A stretch of 50,045 nucleotides of DNA from Nemertoderma westbladi (GCA_032718475.1 JAUCBJ010008933.1:1-50045); one strand, 5' to 3'; positions 20,040 through 32,511 are shown, counted from the stretch's first letter. Notes: generated by a model not told the origin, from the letters alone. Numbers and translations are program-made.

Positions 20040-22640
20040 ATGGACCCAAATCGCCAAATTATCGGCGAATTACGTAACACGATAGATCTACTGGAATATT
20101 CGCAACCCGGATCCCCTGACTTTGATACAAATTGGAGCACCCTGCTAAATGAGAACGTGCGAGTCATTAAATTCACCGGGCGAGAGGGACCGGATTCTAA
20201 GAATCTACGAGCCCTCCGGTTAGCTGATGCTAGTACGAGACTGAAAAGAACTCGGAATGCAAAGGCAACCAGAGGGGACGATTCGTAGTTTTGGGAAACG
20301 TTCCGGCAGAGCGTCTACAGATCCCGATGTTTGATCTACGACAACGAGGGAAACGCGACGCCCACCTCGAAAGCGATTACGTTGGCGAGATGTCAAAGTT
20401 TCGTCGACGACAAGAGTACGTACCTCGCCCACTGGGGAAACCTGTCGGAGTGTACGGCGACGCTTCGAGAGGAACGCGTATCGATTATCCAGAACCGCGA
20501 CGACTACCAGGAAAATTACGGGGCGAAAGAATATGGTCGATCCTTAGTCGTCGTCCTCGGAACCCTGGACGGTTTGGTACTGGTGTGCCGAATATTCCCG
20601 ACACCCAGACAGGAAGTGCAGGCAGCCGGAGCGATCTGGTTGCTGCCTCCGGAAATCCAAAAGATCCTCTTCGACTTCGACGTCATTAAAATCGGGTCGG
20701 ATATCAAGGCGGACGTCCGGAACGACTACGCGAACGCTCCCGCAGGAAGAAACCGACAAAACGACCTCAACGCACTTAGCCATTGCATCGACACTCAAAC
20801 GCTGCTAGCCTGGTTAAGATTCGCCGAATTCATGCGAGGATTCCAAGAAGTGAGACCGACGAAATCCGGGATCGGCTACCTCGCTGTGCTAAACGGCGGT
20901 ATCGACTTCAAACCCCAGAAATACCGGGACTATAATAAAATATACGGCGGATACCCGGGATTAGAGATAAAGAGCGAGCGAGAGGGTCGATGGAAGGACA
21001 TCGATCGGAAGTGGACGATACACCAAAGGTGGGAGAATCCCGATCGACGGAGCTATATCTACGTCGTTATGGAGTGCTACACCGTCGCTAAGTTTATCTG
21101 TAGAACTCTCGATAACCTTATTACGGCGGTCCCCCTTTCCTTCGTCGACTACGACTGGAACGAGGTTATAAACCACGCGTTTAAAGCGGTCGAGAACATT
21201 ACACCGGGAGAATCGAAAACACCCGCCGTTATCGATTCCTGGGACGAGAGCGGACCTTACGACATCCCTACGATTACCGAACTTCTCGGTGCGGAGGAGC
21301 CTCTGATCTCCTCGGAAGGGGAAGAGATATGGCTAAACGAGGGTGTTCTACTCTCCACCCCGAAGCGACAACTCGAGCCGGAGGCCGCGTACGGACCGGC
21401 CGCCAAACGGGTTGCCTCGGCCGAACCGATGAAGAGAGCAGGCGTCTACACCCCACGCGGCTCCGGTAGCCCCGCGAGAGAGGTAGCCACTACAGCTGCA
21501 TTGAGCGACTTCGGCGACATATGCCAACGGTTATCCCCGTATCCTTTCCCGGGCGGCGAAGATTGGTCGTCGGAGATTCCGAGTACCAGCCACCAACGGA
21601 CCCGCTCAGCGATACTGGTCGAGGAAGGCCCCAGCGATGCGCCGACACCCGACGATCTCCTCGGTATCCCTCCGTCGAAAACCCCGGCACCTCTTCGCCG
21701 ACCAGCGGTGGCTACTACACCCGCCGTTCCTCAGGACCCTATGCGACTAACCCGTTGGTACGCCGAGCAAACTGAATGGATCCACCGCCAGAAACGGTCA
21801 TCCGAGTTGAGACCAGCGGGACACAAAGAGGGTTATCGGAGCAAGAACATACTACGCAAAAGCCTAGCATTCCGCGGGCTACCGACCACCGAGAATATTC
21901 CGAAGAGCGACCGACGACTCGAATACTACGTCGGCGTCCCGATTCCGATATTCCCCGGTCGAGAAACGCAGTTGGAGGTATGCGGCGACTGCGGCTCGGA
22001 GCAGTGCCCACGCGGCAGAAGGAATCGGGTTACCGATTCTTGCCTCCAGCTCCTCGGGATACTCTATTGCCCATACTGTGCGATATCGGGCCACGACGTT
22101 TCGGTCTGTCCGATCCTTTATAACCTCTGCACCACGTGCGGTTTCCGTGGACATTCCGCTAGCCCCCGCTGCTATATCAAATGTCCTACCAAAGACATAA
22201 CCGCTATGGGCAATATGGTCATGTTTGAGACATACGCAAACAGCCACTTAAAGACCAAGTTTCGGAGAAACGCTCGGAATATCGCGCAGGAGATGGCGTG
22301 CGGATATTTCTCCTTCCCGGAACGCCTCTACACGTCGGCCACGCTACCTTTCCATTACGTGGATCTGCTACTGAGCGCTGGATTATTCGGCCCATTCGAA
22401 GTCATTAGACGATTATACTCGTATAAAGAGGAGTTCGGTGACGGAGAATGGTTCCTAGAGGCACGCAACTCCGAGTTGGAAAGACGAACCGACATGATCC
22501 CGATGCCTTCGAAAGGAAGAGCCGCCAGGAGACAAGCCGAAGCGTTACTCACAATTGATGTTGACGCTCCTCTACCAGCCATAGCGATCGATGAGAGTCG
22601 ACGGGCGAAGAGACGAAAGGCGTACCAGAAAAAGAAATAG
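20040..22640 (+). CDS. Cargo ORF: DEDDy (RNase D/WRN/Mut-7-like) 3'-5' exonuclease domain + CCHC zinc knuckles; one in-frame TAG at 20286-20288
   Basis: ExoI-like LIYDNEG, ExoII-like LPPEIQKILFDFDVIKIGSDIKADV, CIDTQTL, KSGIGYLA, ExoIII-like YVVMECY; C-terminal CPYCAISGHDVSVC and CTTCGFRGHSASPRC. ORFs 20040-20288 and 20331-22640 share a frame. Confidence 0.75.
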
Positions 22641-22787
22641 TGGATTGGGATATTCCAGGAACATTTATCGAACATTTATTTTTATACAAACTCTAGGCCA
22701 AATTAATTAAAAAACTATGCAATATTAAATTTGGGTTTTTTATATTGGGAATGACCTACGCAAACTCAATCGACCGACAGACTTCAC

Positions 22788-22806
22788 GAAGGTCATTGGG
22801 GGGGAC
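22788..22806 (+). promoter_or_regulatory. Polypurine tract
   Basis: G7 run (22798-22804) then AC immediately before the 3' LTR TG. Confidence 0.7.
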
Positions 22807-24414
22807 TGTTCGCGGTATTTCAACTTTCCATAACGCGAGTTGAATATTTTTGTATTTTATTAAAATTGATTATTCCGATATTACTACCGGGTGCGGGACC
22901 ATGGGTTTTGGGCACATTCAATAAACTGGGGGCGATTTATGGGCGAACTTTGGGGCAACTTACAGGGTACAGGAATAATTTCATAGTTATAAGGGCCAGG
23001 GGGGATGGAAAATGCAAGCAGTATTCAGGTTAGCCTGAGTACTATTAGGCCCTGGCCAACTTCCTGCTGCCTGTAGGGGTGGATTTGGTAATGCGCCAGG
23101 CCTAAAGGACAAGGACTGCCCTTAGCGGTCCCTGGCCAACAGCAGCCATTACGAGACTGAAAAGAACTCGGACCGCTGACTGCTTGTGTCAGGGATTTGC
23201 GACGGGCACCGACGGCCCCTTAGTAGCCAAGCCGTTCTGGTTCTCGATGATCGAACCCCGGGGTTCGTGAGGGGTGGAGCGGACACGCGAACAGGTGGCC
23301 AACTAACGACTGCCCCCTGACCTAAGCCGTACTGGTTCTCGATGACCGATCCCTTCGGGGTTCGTGAGGGGTGGGACGGACATGCGAAAGGGCTGGCCAC
23401 AGGACAGGTTTGACAAGGACTGCCCTTAGCGGTCTCTGGTCAACGGCAGCTACTACGAGCCTGAAAAGAACTCGGAACGCTGACTGCTTGTACTGGGATT
23501 TGCGACAGGAACCGACGACAGACCCCTTAGCCAAGCCGTTCTGGTTCTCGATGATCGTTCCCTTCGGGGTTCGTGAGGGGTGGAGCGGACACGCGATGGG
23601 GTCGAAAGACAAAGGACTAGACTCGACTAGACTCTACCGGCCTACCGACTGTTCGGAGCAGTTTCTCGGCTGCCGAAGCGACTACGAGCCTGAAACGGAC
23701 TCGGAAAGCCTAGGTGGTTGGGTTTCTGTGATGAACTGACGGACCCCTAGCCAAGCCGTTCTGGTTCTCGATGATCGAACCCTTCAGGGTTCGTGAGGGG
23801 TGGAACGGACACGCGAACGGGTCCACCGACACGACAGACTCCTAGCCAAGCCGTACTGGTTCTCGATGACCGAACCCTTCGGGGTTCGAGAGGGGTGGTA
23901 CGGATACGCGACAGAGTCTACCGACTGGACCGACCCTTAGCCAAGCCGGGCTGGTTCTCAATGATCGTTCCCTTCGGGGTTCGTGAGGGGTGGAACGGAC
24001 ACGCGACAGGGTCGACCGACACCGACACTACGGCACTAAGACTGGGACTGAGGGAAAATCTGGGGAACATTAGGTAGGCTAAAATTCTGAGCGAACAGTG
24101 GGTTATTAAATAATATACCGTAGGGATTTATATTATCGTGTATAATTATTGTGAATATTTGGTGTATATTGATTTGGGGAAGCCCAAAATTATTCTTAAT
24201 CAGGGTTCAATATTGTGAACAAGGTTCAACAGAGTTCAGTTACATTAAAGAGTATATCCAACTAATGCAGCTTTTTCTCAACCGCAACCCTGCATCTCAG
24301 AAAACATTCCCTCCCCACAATCAATATCCGGTGACTGGCCGGGGCTCGGTGGTCTGTAAAGTCACGTCTCCAGCATCGGCGTTTTTCCCCCCTGGTGTTG
24401 GGATAACGGAAACA
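22807..24414 (+). repeat. 3' LTR (1608 bp)
   Basis: TGTTCGCGG...CGGAAACA followed by TSD GTAAA. Confidence 0.95.
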
Positions 24415-24439
24415 GTAAATCCTTAATAATAATAATAAT

Positions 24440-25090
24440 AGTTCCAGATATCGACAACTCTGTTACAAAATGAGTTCTGTACAATTTGTAGTCCCAAAAA
24501 GGTTTAAATAGTTTAAAATTATGGCCTCTGTTTCTGAAATTATTACTTAAAATAAAAAAGTAAGTAAAATCTAAATCAACATGCTTACTAATAATACTAA
24601 AAACCATTTTTAAATCCAAAATAATTATACGTACGTTTCAAGTTGTTGCAGCGTCAAGAAACGTAACCTCTCAATGTAAATGTAACTGCTTTGACTTACA
24701 GCGTGAAAAAAGACACCGAGTGATGATATATCGCGTTCTATTTCAATACCGGTACTTCCTAGCCGGAAGAGTGAGGAAAACACAGTAGGCCTATACAGTA
24801 CTCTAATAACGGTCGAAGTATGACTTTTAACAATTCTAAATGCCTCCTTATCTTGTTCACGAGTATGTACAGTACATAAAACTTTAAGTCATAGCTTACT
24901 GTAACACCCAAATCTCTGCAATATTTATTACTTTTTATCACATTACCGTTAAGGGAATATTGTACTGGGGACAACTTAATACCATGCGTAGATGAATGCA
25001 TGCCAGCGAATTTGTCTGCAGAAATTCTGACCTGCCAATTACTGGCCCAAAACTCAACTAACACGAGGGCATCAGCCAGAGATTGACTGG
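24440..25090 (-). mobile_element. CR1-clade LINE fragment
   Basis: WASNWQ, RDLGV, RPLLEYC, NRGHNFKL motifs, degenerate. Confidence 0.75.
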
Positions 25091-25802
25091 CAGATGATTT
25101 ACTGTACGTGTACAGTACCTGAAGTATCCTAAATATAAAGTATCAAATTATCATTATATGCCTAAAGTATCAGGTAAGTTATTATTTACATATTGCTAAA
25201 ATAATAAGAGACTGGTAACGCAAAAGTGTTCTTTGCGGTCTTAGTGTTAAAGCCTTTGAGGCAAAAATGTGTCGTTTTTGTGCAATGCGCGAACTACTCG
25301 AAAAACTGGCATTATCTCGAGGGATTGGAGAACGTATAAAACTTACGCCCTCTAACGTTTATTTTAGTACAGAGCTATAATGACGAAATCACCAGTGGCC
25401 AATGGGCCAGCCTTTCTCTTTGACCCGCATTTTCTATGTTAATTCCCGGCCAATCAGCACGATTTTCACTTTACGATTTGTCAAGGTCATATATGAATAT
25501 GCCGCAGTGTGACAAAATCATTCTTCAGTCTTTAGCCCAGCGCCACCCAGTTGGGTAGCACCCACCATTCCCATTGAGGCTGTGCCATAGGTCAGGACCG
25601 ACCCTTCACCTTACTGCTGTTTTACATACATCATAGCCTACCGGTTGTTGTGTCTGTGTCTTCCATATTACCGCAGTACCGCGTTTGTGCTGCATACCTA
25701 TCTGTCCCATTATACTGTTATACAGTTATATGAGTTGTGATACATATACAGTACGTTTGCCTTTGTTGCTGTTCATACACCAGCTTCTCCTTTACCTTGG
25801 CG

Positions 25803-25812
25803 TGGTGACAGC
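25803..25812 (+). promoter_or_regulatory. tRNA primer-binding site (tRNA-Leu-like)
   Basis: TGGTGACAGC resembles the complement of tRNA-Leu 3' ends (TGGTGGCAGC), from memory. Confidence 0.6.
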
Positions 25813-26228
25813 TTGTGTTCGATCTCCATTGCCTTGATTACCTAATCCAGTAATTTACTTATTCTGTTATTCCAGTATTTGTATTCTACAACTCTACCAT
25901 TCTGCCATTACCGACACAGGTACTTCAAGCCACTAGGCCAATAGCACATAGGCCTAGACGACGTTCCCAATCTGCTACACTACCGGTACTTTCACCAGGG
26001 AGAATTAAATTCCTTACAACTGTACAACGGCACCGGTCAGCCAGTGTTCGTTTACTGCATACCGGTACAGCTTTACCTAACTGACTGTCCCCAAAGTAAT
26101 TATACCCGAATGCCGAACTGTTAGTTTTACCAATCAAAATCAATCAATCTTAAAAGACGTTTTATTTATTCCAGTACTGCCTGTCAGCCTTCCCTGCCAA
26201 TCTACAGTCCGTAGTCAGTCATCAGGTC

Positions 26229-29200
26229 ATGGATCGGCCACAGTTCAAGTCACCACGTTTAGTTGCTCTAACAAAAACAGAAACCATAACTACTTTTGAA
26301 AACTGGCGTCAGAGTTTACTGTTTAATATCTCTTTCACCAGAGTTCAAACGCTTTACCCTCCCGGGCACAGTTTGGTTGCCAGCCACAGACCCTGATCCA
26401 CACCGCGGTTTTACAAATGATGGCAACGATGTTCCTGCTGCTACCCGACAGTCTGCTGCAGCGATTGCCCACAGTTTGGAAATCATGCTGGGTTTTATCT
26501 CTAACCTTGCTCCCATAGTTGCTCGTGAGTCAATCATAAGAGATTCTACATCCTTACAGTCCATATGGCAAACAATTCGCTTACATTATGGTTTTCAGCA
26601 AACAGGAGCTCAGTTTTTAGCATTCCTAGATCATAAGCTTGAGTTAGACGATTGCCCACAGTTTGGAAATCATGCTGGGTTTTATCTCTAACCTTGCTCC
26701 CATAGTTGCTCGTGAGTCAATCATAAGAGATTATACATCCTTACAGTCCATATGGCAAACAATTCGCTTACATTATGGTTTTCAGCAAACAGGAGCTCAG
26801 TTTTTAGCATTCCTAGATCATAAGCTTGAGTTAGACGAACGCCCGGAGGACCTTTATCAACGCCTCCGTGCATTTATTGATGACAGTTTACTGTCCCCTG
26901 AAGTCGGCATACGCCATCATGGTATCGTTCCCACCCAGAAAGAATCTCTTGGTCCAGTAATGGAGAATACCATAGTTGTACTATGGCTTCACTTAGTCCA
27001 TCCAGCACTACCACGATTAATTGCACAACGCTATGGCACTAACCTTCGTTTAGATACCATTGCTTCTATAAAACCAGAGATTTCAGCTGCCCTTCCATCC
27101 TTATTGGCGGTACTCAACTCTTCTGAGATCCATACAATGCGGTCAAATGTTTACCGTCCTTCCAACCCCCGTCCCTCACGATTCCAGTCCCGGAATGGTC
27201 CACTTTCGGGTACCTCTGCGCGGTTCTCAAACCCCCAGTTCCCCCGACCCACACCTGTCAACACCCCTCGTACATTTGCTGTGTCTCTCCTCCCAGGTCC
27301 AAGCGTTCCTCCAACCATACGATCAGTGAAGGTACCCCTTATTGATATGATTGAATCCGTTAAAATTGACCCTGACAACATTATGTCTTATCGCGAACGG
27401 GCACATTTCCATGATGTTCTCAAGTCATATGCATCCGTTTTCAATCCCCAGTATACTGGCTATAACGGCCAATCTGGCCCATTTGAGGCTGTTGTAAATA
27501 TCGGTGCAACTCTGCCCCCCCAACGGAAAGGTCGTGTACCCCAGTACTCTCGTAATCGCCTTGTGGAGCTTCAAGCAAGGTTTGATGAATTGGAACAGTT
27601 AGGTGTTTTTGCCACCCCAGAAAGTATTGGCGTTAATGTAGAGTACCTCAATCCCTCATTTCTTGTTTCAAAACCTAATGGTGGAACACGCCTCGTTACT
27701 GCTTTCACTGAAGTAGCAAAATTTTGTAAGCCTCAGCCTGCCCTTCTACCTGATGTAAATTCTACCCTTCGGGCTATCGGCCAGTTCAAGTATCTAATTA
27801 AGACAGACCTAACTAGCGCATTTTATCAAATACCTCTCCAGAAGTCCTCTATGCGTTATTGTGGTGTTGTCACACCGTTTCGAGGCGTCCGTGTTTATAC
27901 ACGTTGCGCCATGGGAATGCCTGGGTCTGAAACGGCTCTTGAAGAGCTTTTGACACGAGTCCTAGGAGATTTGCTCGTTTCTGGCTGCGTAATTAAGCTG
28001 GCTGACGACCTATATTGTGGGGGTAACACAGTTGATGAAGCTCATTCTGCCTTTAGCCAGCTCTTACAAGCCCTCAGTGCCAATGGCCTTTGCTTGGCTG
28101 CGTCCAAGACCATTATCTGTCCAAAGTCCACCACCATTCTTGGCTGGGTATGGTCCCAAGGCACTATATCCGCTTCTTCACACATAACATCCGCTCTATC
28201 TAGTTGTGCTCGCCCCGACACCATGCGTTCCTTGCGTTCATTTATTGGTTCCTATAAGACCCTCACACGAGTTCTTCCCAGATGCTCTGCCTTGATTGGT
28301 CCACTTGATTCTCTTCTCACTTCATCACCCCATGAGCCAATACAGTGGAATGACGAGTCTACAGCTGTTTTCCATCGTGCACAGGCTGCTATACAATCTT
28401 GCCACACTGTCTCCCTCACCCAAACTACTGACGAATTATTTATTCTTACTGATGCTGCATCAAGCAATGATGGCCTTGGAGCAATCCTTTATGCTAAGAG
28501 GGATTCCCGAATGTTAGTAGCAGGTTACTATTCGGCTAAGTTACAGACCCACCATCACACATGGTTGCCTTGTGAGCTAGAAGCCCTGGCCATTTCAAAT
28601 GCTATCAAGCATTTCTCACCATTGATTCTTAATAGTTCATTACCAACTCAAGTACTCACCGATAGCAAGCCTTGTGTACAGGCATACCAAAAGATGTCCC
28701 GTGGTATCTTTTCTAGCAGCCCTCGGATTTTTACTTTTCTTGCTACTGCAAGCCAGTTTCGTGTTCGGATCACCCATATCAGTGGTAACAGTAATCTTCC
28801 TGCTGATTTCCAGAGTAGGAACATTCTCCCATGTGAGTTGCAGAGTTGTCAAATCTGCAAGTTCCTCGCCGAATCAGAAGAGTCACCAGTCGTCAGGGTC
28901 CTACCAGTTAAACCTGTCTTACAAGCTCATACCACACTAGCACCTAATAATTCTATTGATATTTGTCCCCGTCCAGTCTATGCTAATCGCAGTGCGTGGT
29001 TAGCTACTCAACGTGAAGACCCCGAACTTGCTCGGGTATCGAGTTACCTTTCATATGGTACTCGCCCTGGCAAAAAGGACACTCACAGTCGTGATATCAA
29101 ACGATATCTTGGATGTGCCATTATAGCTTCTGATGGTCTTCTTATTGTCCGCCATGACCGACCTTTTTCCTCCGTTCGTGAATCAATTGTTGTGCCCAGG

Positions 29201-30484
29201 AGCAGTCTACCAGGTTTGTTGATGTCTCTTCATTTGGAGCTTAATCATCCTTCCCGTACCCAGCTTCGGAAGGTTTTTCTCCGGTATTTCTTTGCCCTTG
29301 ATCTGGATTCCACACTCGATACTACCATTAGATCATGTCATCAGTGTGTTGCACTTAGTACAGCTCCTCCACAATTAATACCACAATCAGCATCCAACCC
29401 ACCTGCTGTTCTTGGTATTTCCTTTGCTGCAGACGTATTTCGCCAACATCGACAGTACATATTGCTTGTTCGTGAGACATTATCATCATTTACCACATCA
29501 TGTGAAATCGCAGATGAGCGTTCTGAAACCCTCCGTAATGCTTTAATATTATTAACCTCAAACCTGGTTCCAATCAGTGGCCCCCCTGCCGTGATACGCG
29601 TGGATCCTGCACCAGCCTTCAAATCACTTGATGGTGATGCCTTTCTTCTACGCCATAATATAAGACTGGAAATAGGTAATCCCAAGAATATAAACAAGAA
29701 CCCAGTAGCGGAACATGCCATTGGTGAATTAAAACGGGAGCTACTCCGTCACCAGCCTGCAGGTGGCCCCTTCTCTGCTGTCGTATTAGCAGTATGCACT
29801 GCTCGCGTAAACGCCCTCCTGCGATCATCTGGTCTCTCTGCTCGTGAGATTCTATTCGCCCGCGATCAAAACACGGGTGATCAAATCCCAGTCAGTGACG
29901 TATCACTCTCCATCACTCAACGTCAACGCCGCGATGAAAACCATGATGCCAGTGCTTGTTCCAAAACACCTAGACCTCGTTTGTTACCCTCTTCACCCCC
30001 CATTAGGGTAGGTGATCTTGTCTACCTCCGAAGTGATGATCATAAGTTACATGCTCGTTGTCGTTACCTAGTTGCCTCTATTGATGGTGAGTGGGCATCA
30101 ATCCGCAAATTTGTGGGCACACAGTATCGCACCCTTGCCTATCGCGTGCCTCTCCATGATTGTTACTCAATACCATCTATTTCACCAGTTTGTAACCCCA
30201 CACCCAGTGAATCTGATGATGATGACGTGGAGGTACTTACACCAGTTGACAAAATGGGTTCTGTCAAACCAGCTGAGGGCCATCGTAGTGATGGAGATGA
30301 GTTTACTATACCCGCCCCATCAACACCTAGCTCTGAGACCCCTCTCCCTTTGTCTCGAGCTGATTGCGATGAAGTCTCGCCAGTCGTTGCTCCACCTGAT
30401 CCCATCCCACCACAGGATGCAGCCTCTCGATGGCCGCGACGCACCCGAAATCCTCCAAAATACTACGGGTATCCGAATCAGTGA
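26229..30484 (+). pseudogene. pol: gag-pol polyprotein (RT, RNase H, integrase), disrupted at the 5' end
   Basis: ATG at 26229, early frameshift, 187-bp tandem duplication; long ORF with TDLTSAFYQI, AMGMPGS, KLADDLY, LTDAA, CELEALA, TDSKP, ADFQSR, H..CHQC, ADVF / RVDP / PVAE. No protease D-S/T-G motif seen. Confidence 0.85.
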
Positions 30485-31211
30485 TGTCTCAAACATTAAA
30501 TGCTCATCACATACTGCCCTTCCCTACATACGAGTTGATTAATATACCTCAGCGAAACTCCTCTGACTCATTTATTAGAGAAGCTCCTATGACTCATTTA
30601 TTAGTCATTATTTGGTGTTGGTGTTGGTTTGTACCATATAATTAATACTTTACCTGACTCAGAACTTATATTAACGTGTATAGTTTAACGCTAGGTTGTT
30701 TGTGTTTGTGTTTGATAATTGTATATCCTACTGTAGTATGTAGTTTAAAGTCTCCGTTTGTCATGATTGATTCTGGCACAGTTACTGTACCAGTAGTATC
30801 TAGGCCTTATTTACGAGTGTCGTTTATTTGCTTATTTTAGGTGTTGCGTCATTGGTCCACCCCCCCCCCCCCCTTTTTTTTTTACAAATTGATAGTATGG
30901 AATCTAAGCGAAGACAAAAGAAGTTGCGCCACCCAGTTGGGTAGCACCCACCATTCCCATTGAGGCTGTGCCATAGGTCAGGACTGACCCTTCACCTTAC
31001 TGCTGTTTTACATACATCATAGCCTACCGGTTGTTGTGTCTGTGTCTTCCATATTACCGCAGTACCGCGTTTGTGCTGCATACCTATCTGTTATACTTCT
31101 GTTATACCATTATACTGTTATACAGTTATATGAGTTGTGATACATATACGTTTGCCTTTGTTGCTGTTCATACACCAGCTTCTCCTTTACCTTGGCGCTG
31201 CTTCCCAAAAT

Positions 31212-31427
31212 AATGCCTGTTCACCACCATGGGTGATCTTCCACAGTAAACCCTTCCACTCTGTTTCCTAAAGGAATGCCTGTTCACCACCATGGGTGAT
31301 CTTCCACAGTAAACCCTTCCACTCTGTTTCCTAATGAATGCCTGTTCACCACCATGGGTGATCTTCCACAGTAAACCCCTCCACTCTGTTTCCTAAAGTA
31401 ATGCCTGTTCACCACCATGAGTGATCT
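31212..31427 (+). repeat. 62-63 bp tandem repeat, ~3.5 copies
   Basis: AATGCCTGTTCACCACCATG at 31212, 31275, 31337, 31400. Confidence 0.9.
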
Positions 31428-32511
31428 AATGAGGAGTACCGGTAGTGTTTTAAAAATGAAAAAATGTCATTCTGAGATAATAAGTAAGAATGTCTGTGAA
31501 TATTCTATCTAGCACCAAGAAAGCACAAAACCATTAACAACACAACAAGCACACCCTCCTTAAGATTTGTCGAAAAACATTTTCCATGTCACTGAATTAG
31601 GACACTATATTGCAGGACATGGTGTAAGAAGAGCGTATAATGTTTGCAAACGTATGGGAGAGCTACTGCACAGACAATATTCAGCCACCACTACTGTATA
31701 GCCTACAGCCTACGTTGCAATTTGTATTGCAAGTGTGCGGACAAGGCCTGCAATAGCGTGTAAAGTAATATATTATCAAAATAAAACTGAAACTGATTAA
31801 TGCAAATGTAAAATATAAGTTTGGGTGACCACTGCAGGGTCCTAAATGCAACGGCCACGACGTCCACATTCGAACTCACTTCTGCGGCTAATTGAGGACA
31901 AATTCTAGAGAATGTTAGCTAGCTGGTAGAATGTATTCCTGAGGTGAGAGAGGTAGGCCTATATCGGTGCATTACTTGGCCACAGTCCACTACGAGTGAG
32001 CCACCACTACGAGTCCACCACAGTGTACTCCAAATGCACTACGAGCTATGCATGTATTACCAGTAACAGTGTGTGCATGTGCAATAACACGACACGTACA
32101 ATGTTACAAAATTAGTAACCCATTCCTTAGGCTACTGCAAACATAATACTTATTTTCAATAAATTACAAAAATTGTTTCTATCTTAGATTTTCCTTACTT
32201 ATATTGACCAGTATCTCAAACCTCTGAATGTTAATTTATTGTTGTTACTATGTAAAACATCTGTCGTAAGATAAATAGTGTTCTAGAATAAATACGCAAT
32301 GCGGAATATAACATGATTACAAATGTATTTTAAGTTAGGGGGGGGGGGGGGGGGGGTAGCCCTCTGGTTCTAAGGTTCTAAATTTCAGAAAGTTGATTTT
32401 TATTGCATTTATAGTATAATTTAATGAGAATTTCAAATCTGAAAACGGCTTAATTAAAGAGATCACCTTTAGTTCTTGAGTTATCATTGAATATCTGTCT
32501 GCCAATCTACC

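Larger units (their letters stand above)
14150..24414 (+). mobile_element. Non-autonomous BEL/Pao LTR retrotransposon with exonuclease cargo
   Basis: TG...CA LTR pair, 5-bp TSD GTAAA (14145-14149 / 24415-24419), G-rich polypurine tract before the 3' LTR, BEL-type Gag N-terminus, protease remnant and integrase C-terminus (LTPNHLL, WAQEYL, VGDMVLV, RPIQKLCLL). Confidence 0.93.
25541..31197 (+). mobile_element. Gypsy-like LTR retrotransposon with CG...CG termini (probably Troyka group)
   Basis: LTRs 25541-25802 and 30927-31197 (CGCCA...TGGCG), PBS TGGTGACAGC directly after the 5' LTR, purine tract GAAGACAAAAGAAG before the 3' LTR, RT-RNase H-IN order, flanks CAG / CTG. Confidence 0.88.
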
